Shown: positions 1-12,666 of the stretch, piece by piece
How positions within the stretch are numbered: the stretch's first letter is position 1
How the letters are laid out: every line of letters starts with the position of its first letter
Assembly (NCBI GenBank): GCA_907165135.1
Contig: OU015569.1
Location: forward strand, 2,170,001 to 2,234,000
Source of the DNA: Oikopleura dioica
Lineage: Eukaryota > Animalia > Chordata
DNA length: 64,000 nt
Direction of reading: 5' to 3'
Notes under the pieces: model-generated
Databases searched by the model: none
What the model was told of the DNA's origin: nothing
Seen by the model: the letters and a program-made list of their open reading frames with translations, nothing else
Position numbers and translations under genes: made by a program

Positions 1-899
1 ATCTAGAACATTCCCGTTCTATGAGTCCGACTTGCTTGTGGATGAGGTGTGCATGGAAAATGATTTTTTTTTCATAACTGAACGTGTTCAGTTTGAGCCG
101 GCCAAGATAAAATTATGATCGCCAATTACCTTTTGAAGCAAAAATTAAAGAGTTCAGAACTTTTCTTATAATGAAACATATCAGTGGACTTATTCTAGTT
201 TATATGATTATAGAGAAAGCATTATTTATTAGACTTAAAAGCCTACAGAAAGAATTAAATAGTGGAGAATATATTAAATACTTACTGAAACAAATAAATG
301 CTTTATTTCAAAATTTAATGTTTAAAATTTGTTAAGATGGAAGGAAACAACAGCGACCGATTTATTGTGAAGACGACAAGCCTGGAACTGTAAGTATTTG
401 TCATTGTGTGGAAAAATGATTAGGAAAAAATAACTTGGGATTATTCTGTAGTTTCGAGAAGGACGGGTCGATCGCACTGAGTGACCATAATTGCATTCTT
501 GCGGATTTCTTAATTTATCCAAAAATCTATAATCACTTGTTTTATCTGACGGTCGCCGAGTAATCATTTATCCTCATTTTCCAGCTCGATGGATTTAAAA
601 GCATTCTGAAAAAAGGTGCAGTAGCAAAGCCGCTCGCAAGAGTGAAAATTAAAGTCAAATTAAAAACAGAACAGCGTCGCAGTCTGTGGCAGACAGAACT
701 TTCAAGGCATAAACATTGGTTAAGTAATAGATTAGGCAGAAACTTCGGCTGCCTGAATAAGCAATTCAAGCAGAGCCGATACGTTAGTGCCGCAAGAGTA
801 CTCCAATGTCAGAACTGGGCCTAAACAGCCAAGTAGGCATCGCATTGAATTTTTGTACAATAAGCAAAAACGACAATGAAGATTGTAAAGTTCTTTCAG

Positions 900-3800
900 A
901 AATGGAGATGAGGAGTCCCTACTACGGCAGAATTCGCAGCCGACAGTCACAGAATCAACTTACTGGACAAAGGACAAGAATATCCCCGATCTGCTGGCGA
1001 ATTTGGATAGCGAGAAAAAGGTAAACATGTCTCAATCTGTCGATGCTGTCTGATCAGCATCTTAAGTTTTTTAATTATTCATTTCAAACTTTTATTTAGC
1101 CCGTTGGAAATCGACTCTCCACGCTAATGGGTGTGTTTTTCCCCACTATGCAGAATATTTTCGGGGTGATACTCTTCATTCGTATGAGTTGGGTGGTTGG
1201 CGTTTGCGGCTATCCTCAGGCTTTTCTTCTTGTCTCCACGTGTTGCCTCACTACCATGCTGACGGCAATCTCGATGTCAGCCGTCGCCACTAATGGCAAA
1301 ATATCGGCCGGTGGAAGTTACTACATGATCAGTCGCAACCTAGGCCCAAGTTTCGGCGGCTCAGGATAGAGTTCAAGTCAACATTCATTTTACGCCCGAG
1401 GAGTCGACTCAGCGACACAGCTACTCGCAATTAGCAGCTAAAGAACTCTATTAAAGTCGGCATACTGTTCTATTTGGGCACAACTTTTGCCTGCGCAATG
1501 TACATTCTCGGAGCAGTCGAGATCATCACCAAATACATCGCTCCAAGTTTATCGCTCGGCTGGGGATCGCCGGGAAGTGACGGCTTCTTCACTATATATT
1601 TTAACGATTGCAGAATATACGGCACAATCATCTTGCTATTAATGGTTACGATTGTTTATGTTGGAGTAAAGGCACGGGCTGAAAAACTCTTTCGAAAGAA
1701 CTTTCCAGAAGACGGATTAATTTTTCTCTTATTTGAGTGCCGTTTATCAATCAGAGCTTACCTCTACTAAATTAAAGTGACACTCGCTCCAGCCTGCGAA
1801 AGTATGTGAATTACTCCGCAAACATCTTCCTCGGAGTGACGCTGATTAGTATTGCCACTATTTTTGCTGGATTTGTTAAAAACGCTGCATTTCCTTCTAC
1901 TGCCCAAGATGATCTTCATGTCTGTCTGCTCGGGCCCAGATTACTCAGACAGCCAGAAGATGAATACTGCTCAGGTAATTATTCGCTCGAATCCTAATTG
2001 TATGCATTTTCTAAGCCATTCAATTTCGAACTTGAGCCTGAATTTGTCTCGTTTGTCAAAATAAATATTAAACTATCAATAGTGTACCGTAATGATAGTG
2101 GATCCTACAAGCCAACCTGGATCTACAACCAATTTTGTCCTCCTGTAAACGACTCAACCTTTGCTAAGCTGTTTGAAAATGATCAGCACTTGGCACCCTG
2201 TCATGATTATCTCAAAAAACTGGAGCTAGTATCTCGAGTACCAATTCCTGGTGCGGGAAACTCAGAGGAGTGGAAAATTAATATCAACTCTGGCTACATG
2301 GATCAAGGGCAATTCGTCTCTGCTGACCTAAACGCTTTCGACCAGAGCTCGCTCAATGTCTACAAGAATGAAACAGCTGAAAAGGAACTTGGTGACAAAA
2401 TCGATCAGATCTTCATTCGCGCTGATATGACGTCCTCTTTTGCTATCCTCATCGGTAATTTTTATCTGCAAGTACCGTAAATAACTTCGTTAGGAATCTT
2501 CTTTCCTTCTTGCACTGGAATCATGGCGGGAAGCAACCGTTCTGGAGATCTTGCGAATCCAGCAGCGTCTATTCCAAAAGGGACCATCTCTGCTATTCTT
2601 GTTACTTCTATATGCTATCTGTCAACGGTGATTCTTTTCGGTATCTCGGTCGACGGGGCTGTCCTTCGAGATAAGTTTGGTCAATCATTGTCAAGGTCGA
2701 ACAAGCTTCTAACAGCCAAAGTTGTCTGGCCGCACGAAATGGTCATGCTTATAGGTTGCTTACTCTCTACTCTCGGTGCTGGTAAGATTTATACCCAGCT
2801 ACTTGCGGTAACGAATATCATCAAGGTTTACAAAGTTTGACTGGTGCTCCTCGTTTGCTCCAAAGTATCGCCCGTGACGGGATCATACCTTTTCTACGCC
2901 CAGTAGCAGCTGGAAAACCGGGATCGGGAGAACCCACATGGGCAATTCTTGTCACTGCCGTTATCTGCGAGGTCGGAATCCTCATCGCTGCACTTGATGC
3001 CTACATAGCCCCGCTCGCTACTCTTTTCTTTCTCATGTGCTACATGTTCGTCAATGTAGCATGTGCGCTTCAGGGTTTCTTGAAATCTCCAAGTTGGCGT
3101 CCGACGTGGCGATATTATCACTGGGGCTTCTCCTGTCTTGGTGCCTTTCTTTGTTTTATGTTAATGTGGATGGTGGGCTGGAAACTGGTCCTTGTTGTCT
3201 TAGCGATTGCGCTCTTCCTTTACAAATACATTGGTAAGAATTAACCTCTCACTTTTTAGCAATAATTTTTTAGCCTACAAAGGTGCAGAAGCTGAATGGG
3301 GAGATGGTCTCAGAGGCTTGTACCTCTCCGTAGCGAGATATGCACTGTATCAAATGCCTCAAACCAAAGTAAGTGCTTCCTCTTCTATGTCTTCAATAAT
3401 GACTCTTTCACAGAGTCTACATACGAAAAACTATCGCCCACAAATACTCGCCTTTTGCAAATACGACCAAAAGTCCAAAACAATTTCAAATCCAGATATT
3501 GTCAAAGTTGCTCGCGATTTAAAGGCGGGCAAAGGATTGTCAATGTACGCCAGCGTGCTGGAAGGTGACATACTCGACTCGGAGTCGACCTCGGAAGTGG
3601 AAGAGTGCAAAATGCAACTCGGTAATCTGCTGAGACAACACGGTTGCAAGGCCTTCACGAATATTCTCCTCCAAAAGGACGTCCCACAGGTAATTTACTC
3701 GGATCTTTAATCAGTGAGAGCTTACGTGTCTTTGAGGGAATGTCAGCGCTAATGCAGACATCGGGCTTGGGCTCGCTAAAACACAATTCCGTACTGATCA

Positions 3801-4978
3801 GTTGGCCAAAAGACTTCGATAGAACATCGTCGACGACACGGTTCAACAAAACGCTTCGTGCTGCGAATTCGACCGGCCTTGCATGCATGGGTAAGATTTA
3901 CAAATGACAAATGCAACCAATTCTATATCGACGTTTAGTCACTAAATGCTCAAGCTCATGGCCCTCGGAGCCAATTCAGAAGGGAACCATCGATGTCTGG
4001 TGGATCATTCACGACGGCGGTCTAATAATGCTCGTCGCCTGGCTGCTCAAAAAGAGTCGAACTTGGAAGGGATGCAAGATTAGACTCTTTGCCGTCGCTC
4101 AGGATTCTGATAACTCTATTCTTCTGGAGCAGAGATTACAGGTAACTTACCGTTACAGTTTTCATTAATTATACAAATACTAACAGGAGCATATTGCTGG
4201 TCTTCGAATCGGAATCTCCCAAATAAAAGTTGTTGAACTTAACAAGCAGGACATAAGCGCGTACGCTTACCAGGTAAAAAATCAGTTCAAACTTAAAGTA
4301 AACATTTTTTTTAAAGAGAACGGTAAAAATGGACCAGCGAAACGAACTTCTGACAGAACTTGGCGTTGAGGACATTGGATTAGTGGCGGAAGAAGTCAGA
4401 GCAGGTAATTTGCTTGAGCCAGGGCTTTTTGAAACGGAGACAAATCAGCAAATAATTCTAAAGAGCGTAAAAACATTTTAGTGAGCGCAGAAAGTCAAAA
4501 TCATTTGGAGAAGATCGTCACCGACAATAATATGACATGGAGCCCGACTCACAACTCAAACCGCAACAATGCCGAAATCATCCATCAACTGAGGGTAAAT
4601 CATCTAATCAGAGCTCATTTAAAAAAAAAACGGTAGCAGATTCTTTATTAACCCAATTATTTAAAGCGGGTGAAATTCGACGAGTCGGACTATGCCAAGA
4701 CTTACGCAAGAATGCACAACGCTCGTGCACTCAACAACGTGATTTTGGATGATTCTGATAGTGCTTCGCTGGTCATTATCAACCTCCCAGCACCACCAAG
4801 CAATAACACAGAGCGGTAAGCATGTCCTTCAATCGCTGTTCAATACCCTCTTCTACCGTAAATAACAAACTCTAGTGAACGAACGTACATGATGTTTATC
4901 GAAGCGCTGACGATGAATTTGGAACGAGTTCTGTTAATAAGAGGCAGTGGGAAAGAAGTAATCACAGCATACGGCTAG
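900..4978 (+). CDS. SLC12 cation-chloride cotransporter, K-Cl (KCC) type; about 16+ exons, 5' end unresolved (may begin near 590)
   Basis: Spliced translation gives the KCC motifs [118 protein letters not shown] and the C-terminal [14 protein letters not shown] (TAG 4976-4978). Confidence 0.95.
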
Positions 4979-5928
4979 AAGCAAGAAGAAGCCTACTTTG
5001 ATCTCGTTTTACCTCTTCCGGACTCTATCACTCATTCACTTCCAGTTCTTCAGAACAAACAACTAGGCGCTTTTTTAAATTACTGAAAGGAACCCTATCA
5101 ACCAAGAATGCTTCAAATAATTGAGCCAAAACACACTTCACCGAACTGTTATTGAGCCTCAAGGTGTATTTAACTGTAACTAACTTAGTACTTCAAAATG
5201 CAGTAAATAATCTCTGAAATAAACCCAAAAAATCTTCTAAAAAAGCACGAGTGCGCACTCAAGAGGGGAATCTCACGAAGCATAATTATTAATTAATGCA
5301 TGCACCTTTGGATGAGTTATGAAAAGGTTATGTCACCGAGTGCTTCGTTCCGGTATTCGTCTTGTCTCTGCAGGGTTTTAAACGGATCCAGAGAATATCC
5401 ACTCCAGAAAAAGGGTGCAATGAAAGTCAAGAGTTCCGAATTTTGATGCGGTTGACGATTGAAAATGTTCCTCGGCTATCATATTTTCCTAACGGTGTCA
5501 TTATCAATTTCATTCCCTCAAAGATAGCATTGAAAGTTATCGCATCCGTCATTGGAGTTTTTTTTTATCGAAGATAGATTACGGTATTGGCAAAATAACA
5601 GTGTCTCCAGAAGATCGTATTTTTTTTCTTATAGCAGTTTATTCAGTGGATAATCTATCAGTCAGAATTCAAGCGTCAGATAGTTGTCGTTTTTACCGTT
5701 ATCGAAAAATAATTTATCTATCTCAAATGCTTTTAGTAGAGATTAGGAGCGTAAATTAACCGGATGTGTTTATTTTTTGGTGCTTTTTGGAGTCACAATG
5801 TGTTGAATTCGGGCTCGGCGAGGTTGTGTTGATACGAAATTGCGATTTTTCTATTCTCCGGTAAGTTGACTTTGTTTTCTGCAAAAGGGATCAAAATTCA
5901 AATTCCATGGATTTTTACCAAGTCAGCG

Positions 5929-7598
5929 TCAAAATTGACCCCGGCCTATTACATCGAGTAGATAGCAGGCAACGTCGGCGAATCTCATCGTATGATAGCG
6001 TGTTTTGTAAAAAGGATATTTATCTAAAATTGATCGTATTTTTTCTCGACGAAAAAGAAGCCTTGCCTATGATCGCTTGAACTCGATCAGATGCGTTCGA
6101 GATGATCGTCTTTTCAAGGCGGTCGCCTTTTCTGAGTCCAGGCGCGTGGATCGTATTCCAGTGCAAATTTTCACTTTTTTCGAGAACCTCGACAGCCGCA
6201 TTCATGTCCTCCAAAACATGGCCGATAAGGTGGCGGAGGAAAAATCGCGCTCCGCAACCAGAAAGCCCACCCTTTATCTCGCTTCCTTTATCGTCTGTAT
6301 ACCAAGACATGAGAGCTGAGGGTCAATGTTAACTGGAGGGACAATTCCGTTTAGGATTTACCGATGATGTTGAAGACGTCGCGTTCGGCCATCACCTCGA
6401 CAATCATTTTCATCCATTTCTGGTAGAGATCGATGTTCCATCCTTTGTTATTGCGTCGATGAAAATTTAGCGTACTTAGACACGGGCGAGAACGTTGCCT
6501 ACTTATTACTTGAGTAAACAGCTAAAGAAGTGGCGAGTCGTTACTTGGGACTTTTGTTTTGCAAATCTAACGAAATCTAAGCTACAAGGCTCCCCAGGTT
6601 AATGAAAACTTTATTACTTAGCCCTAATGAAGTGTAACCGGCAACATTCCCGCCCAAATTTCCTGAGGACAACGTTGATGCCTGAGAGACCTTTTGAGTT
6701 CAAAAAAGAAAATCATTCGAAGAAAAAAAACGATAAGAAGTGCATTTTGAACCTTTCCTTTGCCCACGGCAGCCGGGTCAAAAATATCGCACTCGATGAT
6801 GGTGAGATACTGTTTGGCACGCTCTTTTGCGAGATTTTCCACTTGACTCGACGGCCGATAGCGCGAGGAGCCAGGTCAGTCAGGGTCCGAGGGGAAGGGT
6901 GCGCTCGCTTGGAAAATCTCCCCCTGATTGCCTTTCACCTCTCGTTTGTATTTGGACACTTGTCGCTCTAATTTTTCCTTGCAAAGATTTGAAGAACTGG
7001 CAGCAGTTCAACTTCCTGTTTGCTCAGTTCACAATCGAACCAGAACTTTTACGAAAACTGAACGACTTCAACAGAAACTCTTGAATCTTTTCCTTGTTGC
7101 GCACGAAGCACGTGATCGTGTGATTGTTTCGCAGCGCCTGATCAGTGGGATACTTTTTTAAAATCATTTGCGTCATTTTTTCTGATATCGGCCAAGAAGC
7201 GAATCATTAATTTTTCCCAAGGTTAGAATTATCGAAAATGAATGGCCCGAAATCAATTGCATTATTGAAGCCACATTCAAAGCTATTTTCATTTTATTTA
7301 TCACAAGATTAAAGCTACTAAGTTGAGTAAATATTTTCAAGCGAATTTCGTCAGCACGTAGTGTGCTGTTTATTCTTCTAGTTCATTTTTACGCAAATAA
7401 TGACCTCGCGTGTGGCTTCTGGCAAGGTATTCTAATGGAATCGTATTCTTGACAATACGTGACAGTTACTGTTTGTCGATGATGGAGCTTGCTTTTGTTA
7501 AAGATATCCCGTTTTTCCTTTTCGAGAAAAAGGCTGCCCGTCTTTCCCGTCGCCCCGAAGAGAGCGATCTTGTAGATGTGCCTGGAAGTTGTTCTCCG
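5929..7598 (-). CDS. Atypical short-chain NAD(P)-binding reductase, flavin reductase/BLVRB-like; ends approximate
   Basis: The exons join into KIALFGATGKTGSLFLEK|ALRNNHTITCFVRNKEKIQ...IIECDIFDPAAVGK|GLSGINVVLS|TLNFHRR...HWNTIHAPGL...RFADVACYLL, with a Rossmann GxxGxxG motif. The model needs three GA-AG introns. Confidence 0.8.
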
Positions 7599-7666
7599 TC
7601 TAAAGTAATCGTGCGACGAACTGGTTCGCGAATTTTCGATTTTATTTACACTTTACGGGCGCGTAA

Positions 7667-8603
7667 AACATGAACTGCCGGAGCTCGGGAAAGAACTGCC
7701 GAACGCTAGGATGCTTACCGATGGAGAGCTTTCATCATTTCACTCATGTTTGCGGGAGAACTGATTACGTCAAATTTTATTCTTGTTTAGCGTTCCTTTG
7801 TCTCCTCAGCGCTCGAGCTGGAGCTCAAAGAAGTCGAAAAGCTCAACAATAATAACGAACGATCTTGCCTCTTCGTTGGCCTCTCTTTCTCTCCGTCTCT
7901 CTATTTTTCCCTCTGTCGAATTCCCCAAAAAGGAAGAAAAACGTGGAAGTAGTAGTGTGGAAGCGGGAGACTTTGAGTAATCTGGCGGTTCTCTCCGTTT
8001 TCGTTTGCGTTGCAGTAATGAGAATGAGCGCAACGCCGTGTGTAGCGCTCTGCGCCGCGAGTCAGCCAAGCACTTTCCCTGGGCAAGGCAAAAAAATAAT
8101 AACAGACCCGACAGTGCGATAACAAAAACGCAATATTTTATAATTATTATGAAAAATGAAAACTACGGTTCTGAAGAGTCGACTCTTTTTGCGTTAGGAA
8201 CGGAAATAATTTATTAATCGAGGCGTTTTGTATTTTTTACGAGTCTTGGATGAAGGATGAGCTGCTCTTTTTTCCAAATGCATCCGAAAGCAGGGCAAAG
8301 TAAGGATCCGTTAGACCCTGCGGCCATGAGAGGATATTATGCTTACTTTATGATTCAGAAGAGTATTTTTTAGTACTAGGTACACTCATGCTCCCGGTTA
8401 GAACAACTGCTCTTCAATCCATTAAAAGTAGACAAACTAGAAAAACAAATATTTGTTCAGACTGTATAGAAGACAACGGCTATGTTCATCACGAACAACA
8501 AATAATCTACAGTAGCCCTCTTCAGAAATTCTTGAAATCTCAGTGTCATCTGAGCAGTGAGCTTCTTATCAACCTGCATGTTATGAAACGCGTTCTATTC
8601 TAA
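7667..8603 (+). CDS. Probable small multi-exon gene of unknown function, divergent from the reductase
   Basis: There is a run of short protein-like open segments bounded by plausible splice sites (RSFVSSALELELKEVEK, SWMKDELLFF, PAAMRGYYAYF, DCIEDNGYV...KRVLF*). No family was recognised. Confidence 0.3.
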
Positions 8604-8739
8604 TTTGTCTAAAACCGAAAAGCGGCAAAGTTGCCCAGTCGCGTGGTTTTCGTGGTCGCCTTGAAAGGGCTTTTCCCCGATACAACGTACAGATAATAAA
8701 AATCTTGGACAATTTGATTGTTGGATTGAGTTTTGAATT

Positions 8740-8933
8740 TGTTGTGGTAACGATTTGCCTTGCAAAAGAATTGGAGAGCAATTATCCGCGGTTTTTTATA
8801 AAAGCGTATATTAGGCTAGTTTTCAAGTTAAAGAGTGAACAGAAAACGAGGCTTGCGCCGGCGAAGGTTATGAACAGCAGGTGCACGAGGCGAATCTCCA
8901 AATAAGGGAATCGGCAGATTCGCGATCACAACA
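8740..8933 (-). repeat. 3' LTR (194 bp)
   Basis: Direct repeat of 13965-14158. On the minus strand it is preceded by the polypurine tract GGGGGGA (8934-8940). Confidence 0.97.
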
Positions 8934-9059
8934 TCCCCCCAGATTCGACTGGCGTGAAGGTTGACCGACGCAGAGTCCAAGTTGGTGACGAGAGCGGGTT
9001 CGTCGACTTGAAGTATCCTCGTTGTCTTTTCTGATCAAATAGTGATAATAAATGATTTG

Positions 9060-12000
9060 TTATGATCTTCCTTGGAAAGGTACAGTCTTTTTCCGGACGC
9101 GCCGCGGATATCTTTCGGTGAACGATGAGGCCGGTTCAGCGTCGGGTCGGCTCTTAACAACGGGGTTCTCGGGTTGATTTTGGCCGCAATAATCCGGGTC
9201 CAGGTGCTGTGGACGGTCCTTGTAGAGAATACAGTGATGTCGGTGTACCCAACTGAGCTTTCCACTAATGTCCAGTCGAACTATAACGCCATTAGTGTCC
9301 ACCACTTCAAAGGGTCCATTCCAAGCGCCCTTGCTCTCCTTCGTTTCCGCGGACATGGGTCTTTTTAGCAGAACTCTGTCGCCTTTGGTTATCGTTATTG
9401 GTTCAATTATAGATTTTCCCTTATTTTTAGCGACGAGGTCTGCTTCCGATTGAGCTAAATCGACGAGCTTGTGGACGCGGCTTAGGGTCGCGGCTATTTC
9501 AGTGGCGTACGTTTTTGGAGAATCCGCGGATGGGTTTTCGGCCATTTGTATTCCGTCGAACGAAGGTTTTCTTCCGTAAATAATTTCGAATGGCGAGACG
9601 CGCGTTGCCACATTTTTGCATTTATTCATAGTACTCACCACTGATGGTAGAACTAATTCCCAACACAGATTTCGTTCCAAGGCGATTCCATATAACGCAT
9701 TTTTGAGAACACGGTGTGATCGTTCTAGGCATCCAGTACTTTCCGGGCGATAAGGAACATGTAAATTCTGCTTGACTCCAAGCAAATGACAAAGCTCACT
9801 CAGCATTTCATTTCGGAAATGTTTACCTTGGTCGCTGCTGATAATCTTCGGGAAATCGTACAATAGAATGTGACGCATAATTTGGCGAGCAGCGTCACTT
9901 GCTCGGCACCTCGCAGTCGGATAAACCGACAAGAAACGACTGTATCCATCCATAATGGTTAATGCGTATGATTTACCGGTTTTCGATCGCTCGAGTTGTA
10001 TAAAGTCGACATAAATGATTTCCCATGGCCGCTTGGCACGGTAAAGAGTCTGCATATCTGGTTTACCTTTCTGCATGTCCTGGCCTTTTCTTTTCAGGCA
10101 AATGTCGCAACTTGAGACAAATCCGCGGATATCGTCCAATTGGTCGGGCCACCACGACCATGATAGCAATTCCCTTGTTCGATCAACTCCGGTGTGCGCT
10201 TTGTGATGAGCAGCTTTTAAATAGTGAGGAATAAGGCTTTTGGGAAGCACAAGGCACTTCTTTTCCCCCCAGTTGATCGTCAAGGCTTTACTCTCCGGAT
10301 GGATTTCCAATTTTTTCGACCAGCGTTTGTATGATTCTATGCCGTAAAGACTATCTGGGACTTGCCATTTTTCCGCGGATATTTTGTTTTCTACAAAGTT
10401 TTTTACTGTACCTATGAGTTTATCTTCTGATTGAGCATTTTCAATTATCCGCAGCTCCAGGATAGGTACATTTTCGCTCAGAACTCCTGTGGCAGCTGAT
10501 TTTAAAGCATAAATTTCCGCGGCGACTTCTTTGTTTTCGAGGAGCATTTTCTGTGGTAAACTTCCTCCACCGCACCATGACGGGATATAAATTATGAGGT
10601 CGCTCTCTCCGGCCGGATTGTAGAATTTTCCTGCCAGTTCGTCGCTTGGTTTTTCGTTTTTCGCACAGACTTTGTGCCACGGTCGTGACAATATATCTGC
10701 CAGACAATTGTCTTGTCCTTTAATGTACTGAATTATAAATCGAAACTTACTGAGTCGATCTTGCCATCTTTGGAGCTTGTCGTTTGCCATTATTTTCTTG
10801 TCCAAGGCGCATAAAGCTTTGTGATCGGTGAGGCATAAGAATGGCTTTCCCTCCAAATAATATGAAAATTTCTCGATTGTCATCAATAGTGCGAAAGCTT
10901 CTCGTTCCGTCGTTGACCATTTCGATTCTGTTGACGACAGTGTTTTCGAATAAACGGCGATCAGTTTTTGTTTGTTGCCGAATTTTTGCATAATGGCTCC
11001 TCCAATAGCCACTTTGGATGCATCGCAAACGACCACAAATGGTCGAGAAAAATCAGGAGACTAAATACCTTATTACTTGCCAAGATCCTTTTTGCGTTAT
11101 CGAAGCTCGCTTGAGCGTCGTCATTCCACTGAAATGGTTTATTTTGCCTGTTCAGCACAGACATTTCTTTGACGATTGAGCTGAATGAGTTGATGGCCAC
11201 TCGGTCACCAACGTTGCATGAGATCCAGCTTTTCCACCAACCAAGGGTTCCGAGGACTGACATTAATTCCTTCCTGTTCCGCGGTGGCTGCAATTCCTTT
11301 ATTGCTTTCATGTTTTCTTCTGGGATGCTTATCCCTTCCGCGGAAATTTGTCGGCCCATGAATTTTGTTGATCGCCGGCCGAAATTGCACTTTTTTCCCC
11401 CCAGCTTGACGCCGAATTTTTCACAGGCATCCAAAACCTGCTCCAAGACCTGAAGATGCGTTTCTTCGTCACGGCTATGTAGCAATATATCATCCACATA
11501 GCTTTTGAAGTTGTTTTGTAGCTTCACCGTCCCTAGCATTTTTGCGACACATTTGCAAAATGCGTCGCCGCTGTGTTTCATTCCAAACGGCATTCTGATG
11601 TACTGATACAACTTGTCCTTATAATAAAAATTCGTTTTATGTCGGTCGTCTGGGTGGATTTCCATGTTCCAATATGCCGCGTTTATATCAATGTCAGAGA
11701 AGATGTGGTTTCCAGTCTCAATGTCCGCAAACAAACAATCTATATTTGGCACGTTCCAGATGTCCGTCTCCTCTGTGAGGCACTGGTTAAGCCCGGACTT
11801 GAAATCGGAGCATACTCTTATATCGTCGTCTTTTTAGGGACAATGACTAGTGGACTGTGAAAACCCTTTCCGTCGGGGCACTCCTCGATTATCTTCCCAT
11901 TGAGCATCGTTTCCATCTTACCATCTACTTTCGGTTGCAGATGTTTGGCTATTGGCCGCGGTCGAGCGCTTTTCGTTAATCCAGGGATTGTCGGGATCCT

Positions 12001-12666
12001 CACTTGCTCCGAAAACAGGCCTACTTTATCGTTTGGCCCTTTGAAAACTTTTTGCTTTCGGAAGAGGATATTGATGAATCGTTCGAAATTTTCACCTTTG
12101 AAAATTGTGTTGTCGAGTTTTAGTTCTTTCGTTTTCTCCAGTAGTTCCACCTTTTGCTGCGTCGTTAATTTGCTGGCTTCCATCCTAAACAGCGCGTTGA
12201 CTTCTGACCAAGGGAATAGGACCCTTCGGCCAGAGTGAATCATTATTTCCATTCCATAACCGGCAATTTTGAAGCTTCCGTGCTCGCTGCTTGAGTGCCC
12301 TATGATAAAATCTTTGCCGAGGATTGCCGGCAAACCTTCTCTCACGATGTAAAAGCATACACCGCGGAATTTGTAATTTGATTGGTGAGCTTTCACTATT
12401 GCGGATATCCTACCAATTGATTTTATTCTTCCACATCCGCGGAATTCCATTGAAGTTGGCTCGATAAACTTGTGAAGTGACGATGGAAGGAGATGCATTG
12501 GCAAAATACATTTGTCAGATCCGCTGTCGACCAATGCAGTGACTTTTAGTGTAAATCCATTCATCATAAGTGTAATTTTTGTGTTGAAGAAAGAATTAGT
12601 GATATTTGTGCTGCACGATAAGCATGCTGATAATTCGCACTCATTACCAGCATTTATAGAAAAACC
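9060..12666 (-). CDS. pol: Retrotransposon Pol (protease-RT-RNase H-integrase), -1 frame relative to gag, broken by two 1-nt deletions in this sequence
   Basis: Protease LVDSGSD; RT YIRMPFG and YVDD; RNase H CDAS, TEREA, TDHKAL; integrase HHKAH...CDIC, VDFI, SDQG, GCLER. Frame breaks occur at about 11831-11835 and 11056-11057. Confidence 0.95.

Noticed and set aside
6025-6067. Short possible GC-AG intron in the reductase as support for the stem rule
   Set aside because: It has only an internal hairpin, not end-pairing, and the junction is uncertain. It is noted as a possible counter-example for GC-AG introns.
8934-9060. Possible env gene or third ORF as in some Tor elements
   Set aside because: Only about 120 nt separate the integrase stop from the PPT.
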